From Entomortierella parvispora E1425 (Eukaryota; Fungi; Mortierellomycota), in assembly GCA_020891255.1 (NCBI GenBank), contig BQFW01000002.1, positions 3,038,001 through 3,102,000 on the forward strand: a DNA stretch of 64,000 nucleotides, read 5' to 3'. The position numbers and the translations under genes are program-made. Below, piece after piece: positions 63,351-64,000 of this stretch. The notes beneath the pieces are model-generated. The model did no database searches and was not told the origin of the DNA. It saw only the letters and a list, made by a program, of their open reading frames with translations. Each line of letters starts with the position of its first letter. Position 1 is the first letter of the stretch.

Positions 63351-63881
63351 TCATTTGATAAGAGCGGGCTTGGGCTTTGGCATGAAGGTCTTTCTCTTGT
63401 TGCCACCACCCTGTTTACCGTACATGAGCTCGACATAGTCAGGTCTTGGCTTGGACTTGTCCAAATCCTGCTTCTTGGCCGCGGCCTTCTTGTTGGGGGC
63501 TGCCTCCTCATCCATCATGTCCTCGTCCTCCGACTCGACCTCATCGTTCAACTCGCTCAGATCCTTGACCGCCTGCTTCACGCCTCCATGCAACTGCATC
63601 TTGTACGCCAACGACGATTTGGAAGGGTGGGCCGCACCGGCAGGACCGCCAATGGTGGATTTCTTGGCGATCGTGGGGTTGGCTGTGGCAGAGAGACCGT
63701 CCTTTTTGGATTTCCTCCGACTGTTGCCGGAGGCAGCTGCTGAATCTTCATCATGGTTGTTGTGGGTGGTATCTTTTGAGGAGTGGGCGGCATCAAAGAG
63801 ACTGGTCTCGCCCTTGGTCAAGGACAGGACGGCCTTCTCCTTGCGGGTTGGGCGCTTGAAGAATTTGGCTGATTTTCCCAT
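63351..63881 (-). CDS. Small Lys-rich protein (176 aa), possibly nuclear/nucleolar, unknown function
   Basis: ATG at 63881 (MGKSAKFFKRPTRKEK); intronless; basic termini around an acidic patch; C-terminal PDYVELMYGK. Confidence 0.7.
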   Translation of the reverse strand: MGKSAKFFKRPTRKEKAVLSLTKGETSLFDAAHSSKDTTHNNHDEDSAAASGNSRRKSKKDGLSATANPTIAKKSTIGGPAGAAHPSKSSLAYKMQLHGGVKQAVKDLSELNDEVESEDEDMMDEEAAPNKKAAAKKQDLDKSKPRPDYVELMYGKQGGGNKRKTFMPKPKPALIK

Positions 63882-64000
63882 TGTTATTGTTGTATATATA
63901 TATAGGTAGGATAAAGAAGCAAATGGAAAAGGGGTGCCTTCACGGGTGCTTTGGCGATGGGGTAAGGATGCAAGGGAATGAAGTTTACGAATGAACAAGC

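Overview
This is a gene-dense, intron-rich eukaryotic window. GT..AG introns with CTAAC/CTGAC branch sites, the gene families and a velvet gene indicate a fungus; placement in Mucoromycota (Mortierellaceae-like) is my inference. About 23 protein genes are supportable. They include a secreted 5'-nucleotidase-type phosphoesterase, an SPX/Pho87-91 transporter, ornithine decarboxylase, a bacterial-looking GNAT, a Jen1 transporter, a velvet factor, a Reb1-like Myb protein, QCR6, VMA4, three RING E3 ligases, a Cys-rich/TM/SH3 receptor-like protein and a sideroflexin. Two features stand out. (1) A three-intron Fanzor (eukaryotic TnpB-family RNA-guided nuclease) at about 39.87-42.70 kb keeps all three RuvC catalytic residues. 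It is broken by five same-direction frameshifts and followed by a hairpin in a short 3' interval (candidate omegaRNA). (2) A non-AUG uORF ending in a PPW motif lies in the AUG-free ~600-nt ODC leader, matching the polyamine-sensing uCC. No CRISPR array, rRNA or tRNA was found. Exon boundaries were read by eye.
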